Of a stretch of DNA of 64,000 bases, positions 53,001 through 63,204 are shown piece by piece. A program made the translations under genes and the position numbers. The stretch is from Tubulanus polymorphus. Its lineage: Eukaryota > Animalia > Nemertea. Below the pieces are notes generated by a model. The model had not been told where the DNA came from. It did not search any database and saw nothing but the letters and a program-made list of their open reading frames with translations. The stretch is from assembly GCF_964204645.1 (NCBI RefSeq), contig NC_134033.1:6720231-6784230 (forward strand), written 5' to 3'. Numbering within the stretch: position 1 is the stretch's first letter; every line of letters starts with the position of its first letter.

Positions 53001-54081
53001 TTATCAAAAAAGAATTAAACCCGAAAATCATATTCATACAGAAAAGTTAATGGTAACTCAAGAAGATAAATATAATTATGTAGTACATTATAGAATGTTA
53101 AAGTTTTATCTAAAACAAGGAATGGTTCTAAAAAAAGTACATAGATATATTTCATTCAGTCAATCTAAGTGGTTAGAAAAATATATAGATTTTAACACCA
53201 AACAGAGAACTGAAGCTAAAACTGATTTTGAGAAAGATTTCTTCAAGTTAATGAATAATGCATTCTATGGTAAGACTTGTGAAAATATAAGAAATAGAAA
53301 TGATATTGAGTTAATCAGTAATGGTAAAAGGATAAGGCATTTACAATCATATCCTAAGTTCATTGGTAACAGAATATTTGATGAAAATTTAGCTGCAGTT
53401 AAGATGAGAAGAACATCAATGAAATTTAATAAACCAATCTATGTTGGCGCATCAGTTTTAGAATTATCAAAATTACTAATGTATGAATTCTATTATAATG
53501 TATTACAACCACTTTTTGGAGAAAAACATATAGAAATATTATATTTTGATACTGACAGTTACATATTAAAGATAAAAACTGATAACATAACTGACGATTT
53601 AAAAACATTAAAACATCATTTTGATTTCAGTAATTATCCTAAAGATCATGAATTGTTTAGCAATGATAATAAAAAAGTTCCCGGTAAATTCAAAGATGAA
53701 TTAGGCGGTGAAGAAATGATGGAGTTCATAGGTATTAGATCTAAAATGTATTCATATAAAACTAAAGAACATGAAGCTAAAAAGTTAAAAGGAATAACCA
53801 AAAGTGTAGTAGAAAAGAATATTCATTTCAAAGATTACATCAATTGTATATTCAATGAAGAAGTTAGAAAACATAAGATGAGATGTTTATGATCTGAAGA
53901 TCATGAAATGTTTATTGAAGAAATTGAAAAGATAAGTCTAAACCCATTTGATGAAAAAAGATATATTCTGGATGATGGAATTCATACAGTTGCTTATGGT
54001 TGCAATTTAGATGAATACTTAAAATTTACAAGAGAAGAAACAAAAGAGAACGAGATATTGAAAAGAATTCTAACGTGTTAA
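50038..54081 (+). pseudogene. Protein-primed family B DNA polymerase (pPolB), ~1347 codons with two in-frame stops (52384, 53890)
   Basis: Two N-terminal C2H2 fingers; DDKCFLW...HY (vOTU-like); VRDHDHLNGKFRGAAHENCN (EndoVII-like finger); FHNLSGYDAH, FIDSYRFL, YLKSDV, RGG, ANNLYGWAM (catalytic D replaced by H), KLMNNAFYGKT, YFDTDS, KMYS, KGI. The ORFs 50038-52386 and 52417-53892 are in the same frame. Confidence 0.96.
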
Positions 54082-54110
54082 TCAAATTTTAATAAAAATA
54101 TGTTATTAAA

Positions 54111-54464
54111 ATGGAGAGTAAACAAGCGCACAGTGAGAACAACAAATTATTTCTAGGTAGAATAAAAGATACTACAAATGTAAAATCTGTAGATTATAAA
54201 TTTAAGAAGTTAAAAGAATTAACAATCCATAAGAAATATCTAATTACAAATATTGATACAGTTACTAATAACTATGGAGATAAATTAGTTATACACTTAG
54301 AATATGAAGGATTAAAAGGAAATACATATAAATTCAGAACATATCTACCGGATAGATTTCATAGATTATCAGGTGAAGACTAAGAAGAATTATGTTCTGG
54401 TGATTTCTATTTCGTATACAAAGGTAAGAATGAAAAAGGGCACCATGAAATAGATTTCGAATAA
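54111..54464 (+). pseudogene. Small Polinton protein, possibly OB-fold ssDNA-binding; internal stop at 54381
   Basis: FKKLKEL...KYLIT...V.NNYGDKLVIHL...YLPDRF pattern; the frame continues past the stop to HEIDFE*. The function is inferred only. Confidence 0.5.
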
Positions 54465-54481
54465 GAAAATATGTAAAATAA

Positions 54482-55240
54482 ATGGTAGAATTAAAAGAAT
54501 ACAGAATATTTGTTGATTCTAGAAGACTTACAAATTATAAATCACATAATTTAATAGTTCAATTAGATAGAGAATTTAAGAATTGTGTTGATTTAAAATT
54601 AGTAAATATAAGTTTATGTAATTCTTTTTATAATGTATCGGATAAGAGTCTAGAACATTTAATTTTTTCAATCTTTTACAAAAAAGAAATAAATGGTTTT
54701 TTTTATATTTAAAACCAGGATTATATAATTTAGATACATTAGCACAAGAAATTAATAGAAAAGCTCGAGCTAAATTTATGAAGTGATTCCGGATTTAGTA
54801 TTAGAATTTTAAAAAGTGATAGTTCTAATAAAATAAAGATTAGGTTAGATAATGACGAACAATTTAAATTTACAGTAAGAAAACCTTTAGGTAAACTGTT
54901 AGGAATTAACCCAGATATTGTTACAGCACACGCAGAAGGTAGATCAAACTTAATACCTTTTACACATTTTTATATTTATTGCAATTTAATTGACCCAACA
55001 AAAACATTTGAAGCAACTAAAAATACAATTTGTAATTCTAGTATATTAAATATTTCACCATTAAAAAATGTTAAACAATTTGGAACGCAAATAAATTATA
55101 ATTTAGCTGAATGTGATTTTAAACCTTGTATTCCACATTTCAATAATTTTAAATTAGAAATAAGAAATCATGATGGTTATTTAATTGATTTGAATAATTT
55201 TCCTGTGATATATGAATTAGTTATAAGATGTAGAGAGTAA
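54482..55240 (+). pseudogene. Minor capsid protein (penton, single jelly-roll)-like, frameshifted
   Basis: IFVDSR...L...F.N...LKLVNISLCNSFYNV, PGLYNL, FYIYCNLI and C-terminal LEIRNHDGYLIDLNNFPVIYELVI, typical of Polinton/virophage mCP. Confidence 0.75.
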
Positions 55241-55256
55241 TTTTTTCACTATATAA

Positions 55257-55616
55257 ATGAATATAACTGTTGGACCGAGTATATGTTTTGGATTTGATTT
55301 TAAACGTGAGAAAGAAATGAAATTTAACATTAATGATGTAATTACACATATCAAAAATATTGCATTTTCTAATGAAACAACATTCGAGTATAAAACAACA
55401 ATAGATAAAGAAACTTTAAATGTAGAAAAGATTACTAATTTAATTAGAGAATCTTTAAGATTTTATGAATTAGATGAAGATTTTATCATCGATGATATTA
55501 AAAAAATAATAATTGAAATATATACAAATGAAACTAGTAATGAAATAAATGTTGAATTAATCATAAATAAGTTAACTAAATATTTTGATGATAGTAATTT
55601 TTTGATAAATAAATGA
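55257..55616 (+). CDS. Hypothetical Polinton protein (119 aa)
   Basis: ORF with TAAATG start; its stop overlaps the next start (ATGA). Confidence 0.6.
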   Translation: MNITVGPSICFGFDFKREKEMKFNINDVITHIKNIAFSNETTFEYKTTIDKETLNVEKITNLIRESLRFYELDEDFIIDDIKKIIIEIYTNETSNEINVELIINKLTKYFDDSNFLINK

Positions 55617-55834
55617 GTGATAATAAGTGGATAATAACTGGATTATATAATGGAGCATTACTATCAGTTGGAACCGTTGGTTATTCAATGGTATTAAAAA
55701 AAGTATTTAAAATGGGAAGTGTTAATGTTGATAGATTTGATATAAATGATATTTTAAAATTAACATTAGCAGTTACTTTATCTAATTTAACTATTGATTA
55801 TTTGGAAAAACAAAAATATATTCCTCCCATATAA
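55613..55834 (+). CDS. Small hydrophobic, probably membrane-associated Polinton protein (73 aa)
   Basis: Two hydrophobic/amphipathic helices; TAAATG start. Confidence 0.65.
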   Translation: MSDNKWIITGLYNGALLSVGTVGYSMVLKKVFKMGSVNVDRFDINDILKLTLAVTLSNLTIDYLEKQKYIPPI

Positions 55835-55858
55835 ATGCGTAATTATTTTACTAAATAA

Positions 55859-55972
55859 ATGGCTTCTGCAATTATAACTATTATAGGATCGGCAATTGTT
55901 AAGGCTTTAGCATTTACTGGTGGTGGATATTTATTTAAACATATTGATAAAAATAGTTCATCCATTATCTAA
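55859..55972 (+). pseudogene. Truncated small membrane protein (MASAIITIIGSAIVKALAFTGGGYLFKHIDK...)
   Basis: TAAATG start and Gly/Ala-rich hydrophobic N-terminus; below the ORF-track cut-off. Confidence 0.55.
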
Positions 55973-56285
55973 TCTATTGGGTTGTTCAGATGAATTTCTC
56001 AAATCATGGATTATATTTCAATTCGATGATAAAATGAATATAGATAATTATGGTGAATACTTTCATATTGATCATGTGTTGCCAATTTCTAAATTTGACA
56101 TGAGCGATGATTATAATAAGAAGCTAATATGGAATTGGAGAAATTTAAGACCTTTAGAAAAGAAGGAAAACATAATTAAATCTAATAAACTAGATATACA
56201 GTTATATTTAGATCAACTGGATAAAGCAAAGACATTTGTTGAATTATGGAACTCAACACATAATGAAAAATACGTTGAATGTTAA
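55950..56285 (+). pseudogene. HNH-type endonuclease C-terminal fragment (giant-virus/phage style), no proper start
   Basis: LLGCS..FLK.W...QF...M..DNYG..FHIDHVLPISKFD......WNWRNLRPL...EN..KSNK. Confidence 0.75.
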
Positions 56286-56728
56286 ACGCTTAGAAAACCG
56301 GTTACTCTCGATCTATGTCAAACCGCCTGTATGTAATTGTATTAGGTTGTTTACAAAAACATCTGTGACGTATTTCATATTCAGTTGAATAGGGGGTATC
56401 TCATTTGAATATTGATCGAATGTGCTATTTCAGTTGAAAAGGATTAATCAATTATATTACGAAGTAACATCTGTTGCACAGACAGACAGTGCCTGGTATA
56501 TTGAGCGCAGTCGCATTACAACATACGAACTGAACAGACGCAATATATAGAACGTATAAGATTTCTCTCTGGAAACACAATTAGGAGTTTACAGTTATAA
56601 ATGTAAGTACTGTTTTTGTTGTTATTAAGACGCAGGGAAACGTTAAACATGTTTAAGTGCTGTAATTGATATTTGACAACTACAACTTCAAGTTAGTTTT
56701 ATTCTACATTCTAGATATTTAGTAAAAA

Positions 56729-57442
56729 ATGTCGTACAGATCAAGAACTCCACTGTCTACTCCAAATCTAACGCAAGAAAGTGAGGAGCCAGAATGTATG
56801 GATGTCAACACGCCATCACAAGAAACTGTAATAGATATAGAAGAAAAAAATATCGAAAAACTCAGGAAACATATGGATTATTATAAACATTTAGTGTCAA
56901 TTTTGGACGAAGTAATTACAACCAAACAATCAAAGATACAAGAATTACCAAAAATACCAACGCCAAGTTTAAAAACATTATTAGGACTTAAAGAAAATAG
57001 AATCAAATTGAGCGGTTATGAACTACACGAATATTTAAAATCAAAATTATTGGATTATAGAGATTTATCGAACTTTAGTGAAATAGACGTGAATTTATTT
57101 TCGGAAATTAGTGGATTACTGATAAGCGAGTATGAAAAGTTGTTAACTAAACAAACAAATCATCTTTGGGATTTTATAATTTTTGGGAATTCCTTGAATA
57201 AAGGGTTTGTTCTTTTTCATTCGACTCAAACTATAAATATTTCATGGGCTAATTGGGTTAAAGAGAATATACATATTAGTGTCGGGTATGAAAGAATACT
57301 TAGAGGGATTGAGAAATTATATTCATTTAAAGAATTTCAATTATTGGGTTTACCATTTCCTACCGTTATTAATCATTTGGCAGAAATCGAAAAAATGTTT
57401 GAAAATTACCCCGAAATCAAAGAATTCTGGTCGGAATTATAA
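56729..57442 (+). CDS. Hypothetical 237-aa protein with probable 5'-UTR intron (56603-56714)
   Basis: Intact ORF; upstream TATATAG, GTAAGT donor and TTCTAG acceptor; AATAAA at 57671. Confidence 0.7.
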   Translation: MSYRSRTPLSTPNLTQESEEPECMDVNTPSQETVIDIEEKNIEKLRKHMDYYKHLVSILDEVITTKQSKIQELPKIPTPSLKTLLGLKENRIKLSGYELHEYLKSKLLDYRDLSNFSEIDVNLFSEISGLLISEYEKLLTKQTNHLWDFIIFGNSLNKGFVLFHSTQTINISWANWVKENIHISVGYERILRGIEKLYSFKEFQLLGLPFPTVINHLAEIEKMFENYPEIKEFWSEL

Positions 57443-58070
57443 AATCCTAATGATAATTTGTTTGTTTTGTTAACAATTTTTCATACTATATAGATTTTTT
57501 GTATTTGTATTATATTTACCCTAATTGCGTTTTCTATTATTCTATATTCAGCTATTGTTAATATCGCAGTGACAGATGTTGTATTGTACTTAATTGATTC
57601 CTGCATTCCACGCATAACTTACCGCTCCTCTAAGGGGCGGTTCGAATGTGGAAATCGATAATGATTGTAGAATAAAATATATGTGTGTTTATGAAATAGT
57701 ATTTCCACCAGTCGTTTCTTTGAATTTATTTTCAGTTTTAGGATTTATTATCGAGAATCCGAAATGACTTATCTGGACAGTTATAATTACTGCTCCTATA
57801 GATAAACAATAGTAGTGAGATAATCTAAATCCTAATTTAAATAAAATATAATAAAAAAACAATAACTTCAACTAGCTAGTGAATTCTATTATATTTTTAA
57901 TACTTTCTTTTCAAAAGAGAATACTTTATATTTTGAATAGATTCAAATAGAAATTCTTTAAATTCAAATAGCTAGTATCAGTAGTCAATACTAGAATTCT
58001 TTAGCTTTAACTAACTAGTATCATTTGAAGAATACTTATAATATTTTTTTGCTTTTTTTCTCTAATATCA

Positions 58071-58677
58071 ATGTCAAAGAAATCTAATAAGAATAGTATT
58101 GATATTGAAAAAAACATTAGATGATTTGGGTATAAGTGATAATAAAGATACAGTTGTAACTAATTGTGCTCAAGTTAATTGTAATATAGATTATGAATAC
58201 TATTTATATTGTAGGCATCATCTAGAACTATTGATTGCCGGTGGAAAAACTAATGAGTTTTTAACTAAGACTATTACTTTTTTTCAAGAACTAGACTCTA
58301 TGAAACCAGATAAAGTAATAAAATATTTTAAGGTTTATGAAGAGGCAAGATTAGCTAGAATAAATGATTCTATTTCAGATGGTATTGTCAAATGTTATTC
58401 TAAGTTATGTAACCAGTTAATACCAATTGATGATGAAAATAAATTATATAGTGATTTGAAAAATGACTATTTAGTTATGACTGAATTACAAAAATGGGTT
58501 GGATATGCTTCATTTCAATTAGGATCGGTTATGACATTAATTTCTACTGGTGTCATAACATTTTCGAACATCAAGCCTATGGAATGTAAATCAGGTAAGA
58601 ACGAAACAGATGTACTACAACCAAACGTCGAAACAGAAAATGAATCAGAACAAAAATTAACTAAAATAAATGAGTGA
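58071..58677 (+). CDS. Hypothetical Polinton protein with a C-terminal hydrophobic segment; probable frameshift near 58110
   Basis: 192-aa ORF from 58099 lacks ATG; an upstream ATG at 58071 is in another frame across an A7 run. Confidence 0.6.
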
Positions 58678-59038
58678 TGGAGTTAAGAAAAAGGCTAGAT
58701 CAGAGAAACAAATTAAATGGGCAAGAGAATTATGTAAAAGATCTTCAGAATTAAAAAAAGCTAAGAAAAAGAAATTAACTGATATAAATGAATCACAGAC
58801 TTTATCTGATATTGATTCAAATAATAATCCATCTAATTCTTCTAATAGTGGAAGAAATAATTACTTATATATTACAATTGGGTTAATCACAATTATTATA
58901 TTATCCGGTGTAATATATAAATCAAAATTCAAATCTGATGATAAAGATGATTCCAATGACAATAAACCTATTATACCAGAAAATAATTCAAATCCTAAAA
59001 CCATTGAAAATAAACCAAGATTATTATTAATGGATTGA
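58670..59038 (+). CDS. Basic protein with a single transmembrane helix (122 aa)
   Basis: Lys-rich N-terminus; YLYITIGLITIIILSGVIY TM segment; TAAATG start. Confidence 0.7.
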   Translation: MSDGVKKKARSEKQIKWARELCKRSSELKKAKKKKLTDINESQTLSDIDSNNNPSNSSNSGRNNYLYITIGLITIIILSGVIYKSKFKSDDKDDSNDNKPIIPENNSNPKTIENKPRLLLMD

Positions 59039-59044
59039 AATAAG

Positions 59045-60148
59045 ATGAAAAAAGAACAATATTTAAGAGAGTTATATTATAACCCGGAAAGTGAAGTATC
59101 ATATTCTAACGTTACAGAATTATGGAATAAAATTAAATCTGATAATGAAAATGGTGGTATAAAATATAGTGAATTAAAATCATGGTTACAAAATCAACCA
59201 ACATATCAAATCCACAAGAAAATGGATAAAACTTATTTAACAAGAAAAGTTATGGTTTCATATATCGATCAACAATGGCAAGCAGATTTAATTGACATGA
59301 AGAACTTAGAAGAATACAACAAAGGATATATCTGGATACTGAATGTTATAGACATATTCAGTCGATACGCATGGTCAATTCCAATCAAAAATAAAACTGG
59401 AATAGAAGTAACAAATGCTTTTAAATCAATATTTAAAGAAGCTATTCCAGATAAGATACAATTTGATGAAGGTAAGGAATTTTATAACAAACATTTCAAA
59501 AAACTATTATCTGATAACGATGTAGATTATTTTTCAACACACTCAGATAAAAAAGCATATATTATAGAAAGATTTAATAAAACATTGAAAACTAGAATGT
59601 GGAAATATTTTACTGCTAATGAAACGTATAAATATATCGATGAGTCTATAAATATATTAGATGATTTAGTGAAAGGTTATAATAATTCTAAACATAGTTC
59701 TATAAATATGAAACCTATACAAGCTAGAAAAGAAGATAATTCGGAAATAGTTTGGAATAATTTATATGGAGCATTTGTTACACATGATTTCGGTGAACCT
59801 AGATTCAAAATTGGACAACACGTAAGAATATGGAAATATAGAAAAACATTTTATAAAGGTTATACCTCTAATTTTACAGAAGAAATATTTAAAATTAAAA
59901 AGATAATATTAACTAAACCTTTTGTTTATAAATTAGAAGATCTAAAAGATGAAGAAATATTAGGTTATTTCTATGAACAAGAATTATCACTTGTACCAAA
60001 TCCAGATGAAATAGAATACAAAATAGAAAAAGTATTGAAAACAAAAACTCTTAAAGGAAAAAAGTATTCTTTGGTGAAATATAAAGGATATGATGATTAA
60101 TTTAATGAATGGATTTTATCTAGTAAAATTAAAAGAATAAATGAATAA
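59045..60148 (+). CDS. Retroviral-like (rve, DDE) integrase with C-terminal chromodomain cut by a premature stop at 60098
   Basis: WQADLIDM, IDIFSRYAW, QFDEGKEF, IERFNKTLK; YKIEKVL...YSLVKYKGYDD*FNEWI. Confidence 0.95.
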
Positions 60149-60752
60149 AGATTTATTTATATTTGAACCGCACAATATGTTAATAACTGGAGTAACAAAC
60201 TGTGGTAAAACACATTTCATATTAGACTTGTTAGAAACTATTTATAAGAATCATTTTGATAACATAATATTATTCTGTCCTACTTATGAAATGAATAAAA
60301 CATATAATAGAGATATAGTTAAGATGAAAAAGTTTATTATATTAGATCCTAAAACAGTAAAAGAAAATTTAGATAATTGTATTAAAATAGCAATTGATAC
60401 TTATAAAGGATCAAATACATTATTCATTGTAGATGATTGCGCTAATTTACATGATTCAAAAGTGAGAGAAAGTGAGTTATGTTATCTAGCTTTCTCTGGG
60501 AGACATTTTGGGATAACAACATGGGTTTTAAATCAAAAATATAATTCAATTGTTAAAGACTTTAGGGAGAATATAAGATTTCTAGTTTTATTTTATAACA
60601 AAGATAGAAAATCTATGCAACAGTCATTGGAAGAAAATCAAATTATACCTACTGAATTACATGATGAATATATGAATAAATTAAAGAATAATAAAGGTTC
60701 AAAATTATTACTGAGACTACAATTTCCCTATGAATATAAATTTATAAAATAA
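60141..60752 (+). CDS. A32/FtsK-HerA-like genome packaging ATPase
   Basis: Walker A GVTNCGKT, Walker B LFIVDD, GRH motif, LNQ, RENI. Confidence 0.93.
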   Translation: MNKDLFIFEPHNMLITGVTNCGKTHFILDLLETIYKNHFDNIILFCPTYEMNKTYNRDIVKMKKFIILDPKTVKENLDNCIKIAIDTYKGSNTLFIVDDCANLHDSKVRESELCYLAFSGRHFGITTWVLNQKYNSIVKDFRENIRFLVLFYNKDRKSMQQSLEENQIIPTELHDEYMNKLKNNKGSKLLLRLQFPYEYKFIK

Positions 60753-60783
60753 CTATTTATATATCTATTCTATAAGAGCTTAC

Positions 60784-61076
60784 ACTTTTATATTGAATAA
60801 TCTGTCAATTTAAATGTTATTCATGTACATGATTATTTTAAGAGTAATATGGATAATAGGCTTTCAAGCTAAAGGTTGAACGGGCGGGTGAGTAAAAAAT
60901 GAAAAACATGAAAATAATTACAATTTCTACTTGAATTAGGAGTGAATCTCATAAAAATGAAAAATAAATTCGAGCGTGTGAGAATTTATTTTTCATTTTT
61001 ATGAGTTTCATGTTTATCATTTTTTACGAGCTCGACCGTTCGACCTTTGGCTTGAAAGCCTATTATCCCTATTACT
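60784..61076 (-). repeat. Right TIR, containing an internal hairpin 60843-61076
   Basis: Reverse complement of the left TIR with small indels. Confidence 0.95.
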
Positions 61077-61082
61077 TACATT

Positions 61083-62248
61083 AGTTTCCGAATCTGCCTC
61101 AGACGTGCCAGTGTTTCCGTTCTCAATCAAGCTACCGTTCATACTCATTGTCGATCCTTAATTCCCTACACGCTCTTCATCAGCCGGCTCTTCCTGATCA
61201 GCTGATATCTTGTCATCGACATCCGTGTCCACAGGAGTTGTATTCTCAAAATTCGTCACCTCCGGAGGAACAACATCATCCGCCTCCAAGACGACATCAT
61301 CAGTAGCTCCAATATAAGTGATATCGCCTGTATTATTGGATACAACAGGAACCGTGGATGCAACGGGAACCATCACCCATTCCTCATCCTCTGACTCTGT
61401 GGATTCTTCATTCTGATCCTCGAACTTATTTACAGATGGCTCGTCGTCATTGTCCTGCCGTTTTGATTCATTTTTCCTACTGACGAGTTTTCCCTGACGG
61501 CTCTCTCTTAATGGAGCCGCCAATGGCAATAGCTGATTACGATGAAGGATCCGACTCTTACCCGTGCCCTCCAACCGAGCCAATTTGAAAACAGGCACGT
61601 CTGCCGAAACTTTATCCTGAACTTCATAGGGTTCTGACTCCCACTTATCAGCTAGTTTATGCCGTTCCTTGAATCCCTCTTTCTTTACCAATGCTACATC
61701 GCCAATTTCGAGTTCCACACCGTTAGCTTTCTGGTCGTATAACAACTTGCGACGATCACCAGTGGTCCGAAGATGCTCTTGCGCAACCTTCCAAGCGAAA
61801 TCCAGTTGCTGCTCCAGACGCTTTACGTACTGAGTAGTTGAGACTGGTGCATCATCAGTACCCCACCCGTAGTAATGATCAACAGGCAACCGTGGCCTCC
61901 GACCGAACATCAAGTAAAATGGTTCAAACCCTGTGGACGCGTGCGGCGTACAATTGTAAGCATAAACTAATGATCCTACATATTCCTTCCAGCGATGCTT
62001 CCTTTCCGGTGGCAGAGTTGCGAGAAGATGGATTAACGTCTGATTAAACCGTTCCACTACCCCGTTTCCTTCTGGATGGTACGGTGTGGTTCGCGATTTT
62101 CGCATCCCGGTTAATTGACACAATTCCTTTATAACACGAATCCCGGACCCTGGTCAGAATGTAACCGAGCCGGTGCCCCATAACGAAGAATTACCTCATT
62201 AAAGATGACACGGGCAGTGGTCCGAGCCGTTTCATTCTTGGTGGGCAC
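61083..62248 (-). pseudogene. Gypsy element 1 integrase (core and C-terminal tail)
   Basis: YGAPARLHSDQG (frameshift), RTTPYHPEGNGVVERFNQTL, YNCTPHASTGFEPFYLMFGR, KLADKWE, LHRNQLLP. Confidence 0.93.
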
Positions 62249-63063
62249 TGTCACGATTGCCACGTGACCGGGAAACCTCAAACCATTTAACGGAAACTCG
62301 TCACGTTGGAAATGAATATGTTTATTTACACTATATACAGATAGTAGCAGATAGATACTTATATTCGGCGCAATAATGATCCTTGCTGCATCAAATCATG
62401 CAGTCCGCAATGGATCGCTGCACTTGCAGGAAGCAAGACGAAAAATCGCTCGGCACTTGTAGCCGGGAAAAGTGATAATATCGATGCGGCACGTATAGCC
62501 GGAGATACAATAAGCCACTGGCAGGCGTTAGCTACAAAATATAAGCTAGACACAAAAACACATTTTGAGTATCATGCAAATACTGCAAATAATGATTTGA
62601 TGTTACCTAATTGAACTGCCTATCATTAAATTAATCATAATTTTAACTATGTAAGAACACAATTACAATGATACTTAATATAAAATTATAAGTAAATGTC
62701 AAAAAGGACGCAAGAATCTCACTTAAATATTTAAGTCGCAATAACCTTTACTAAATTTCGACGTTTACGCCAAGAAACTACTGAATCGTTACTATAAATC
62801 ACGGAAAACTAGAAAATATAAAACTCGTGTAAAACTTACCCCACGTATCGGGCAAAGCGCGCTCGTGGCAGCTGCGATATACACTCGACGCAGGCTTATG
62901 ATATACTGCCACGACATATGGCCAGTAAGGGCTTATAAATGCCGTAAACGTTACGGTCAACAGAGCAAGGTACACCTAGCTAACATAATAAAGCAAGGAT
63001 ACGCTGAGTGAAGATATATAGATTTGACACGTAGTTATTTATTGACCCCATTCGTCCGTGACA
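62249..63063 (-). repeat. 3' LTR of LTR element 2
   Basis: TGTCACG...CGTGACA termini; CCGGGGAGCC tract adjacent on minus; begins exactly where the element 1 integrase frame is cut. Confidence 0.85.
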
Positions 63064-63204
63064 AAGGCTCCCCGGAAGAAAAAAATTGCAACATTTTTTT
63101 AAAAAGCTCACGGAAGAATGGTCGTACTACTTCTGAAAGTAAAAATTAAAATACAAGTGATTATGTACATTACATCAGCATGTGCTGTAAGTTAACGTCA
63201 ACAT

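Larger units (their letters stand above)
49557..61076 (+). mobile_element. Polinton/Maverick (adintovirus-like) endogenous viral element, 11,520 bp, decayed and apparently internally deleted
   Basis: 5'-AGTA...TACT-3' termini, 6-bp TSD TACATT (49551-49556, 61077-61082), ~300-bp TIRs, pPolB, rve integrase, A32-like ATPase and penton-like gene; very AT-rich. Confidence 0.97.
48345..62248 (-). mobile_element. Gypsy/Ty3 LTR retrotransposon 1 (3' part), split by the Polinton and by a second LTR element
   Basis: Integrase 62248-61083 continues across the Polinton into 49550-49400 (ETNV|RPVPAPRTR*LPAWQRSGEY), then 3' UTR, PPT and LTR. Confidence 0.85.

Noticed and set aside
56285-58070. Search for a hidden major capsid protein or adenain protease
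   Set aside because: The non-coding gaps are too short and stop-rich, and the 237-aa ORF looks helical rather than beta jelly-roll.
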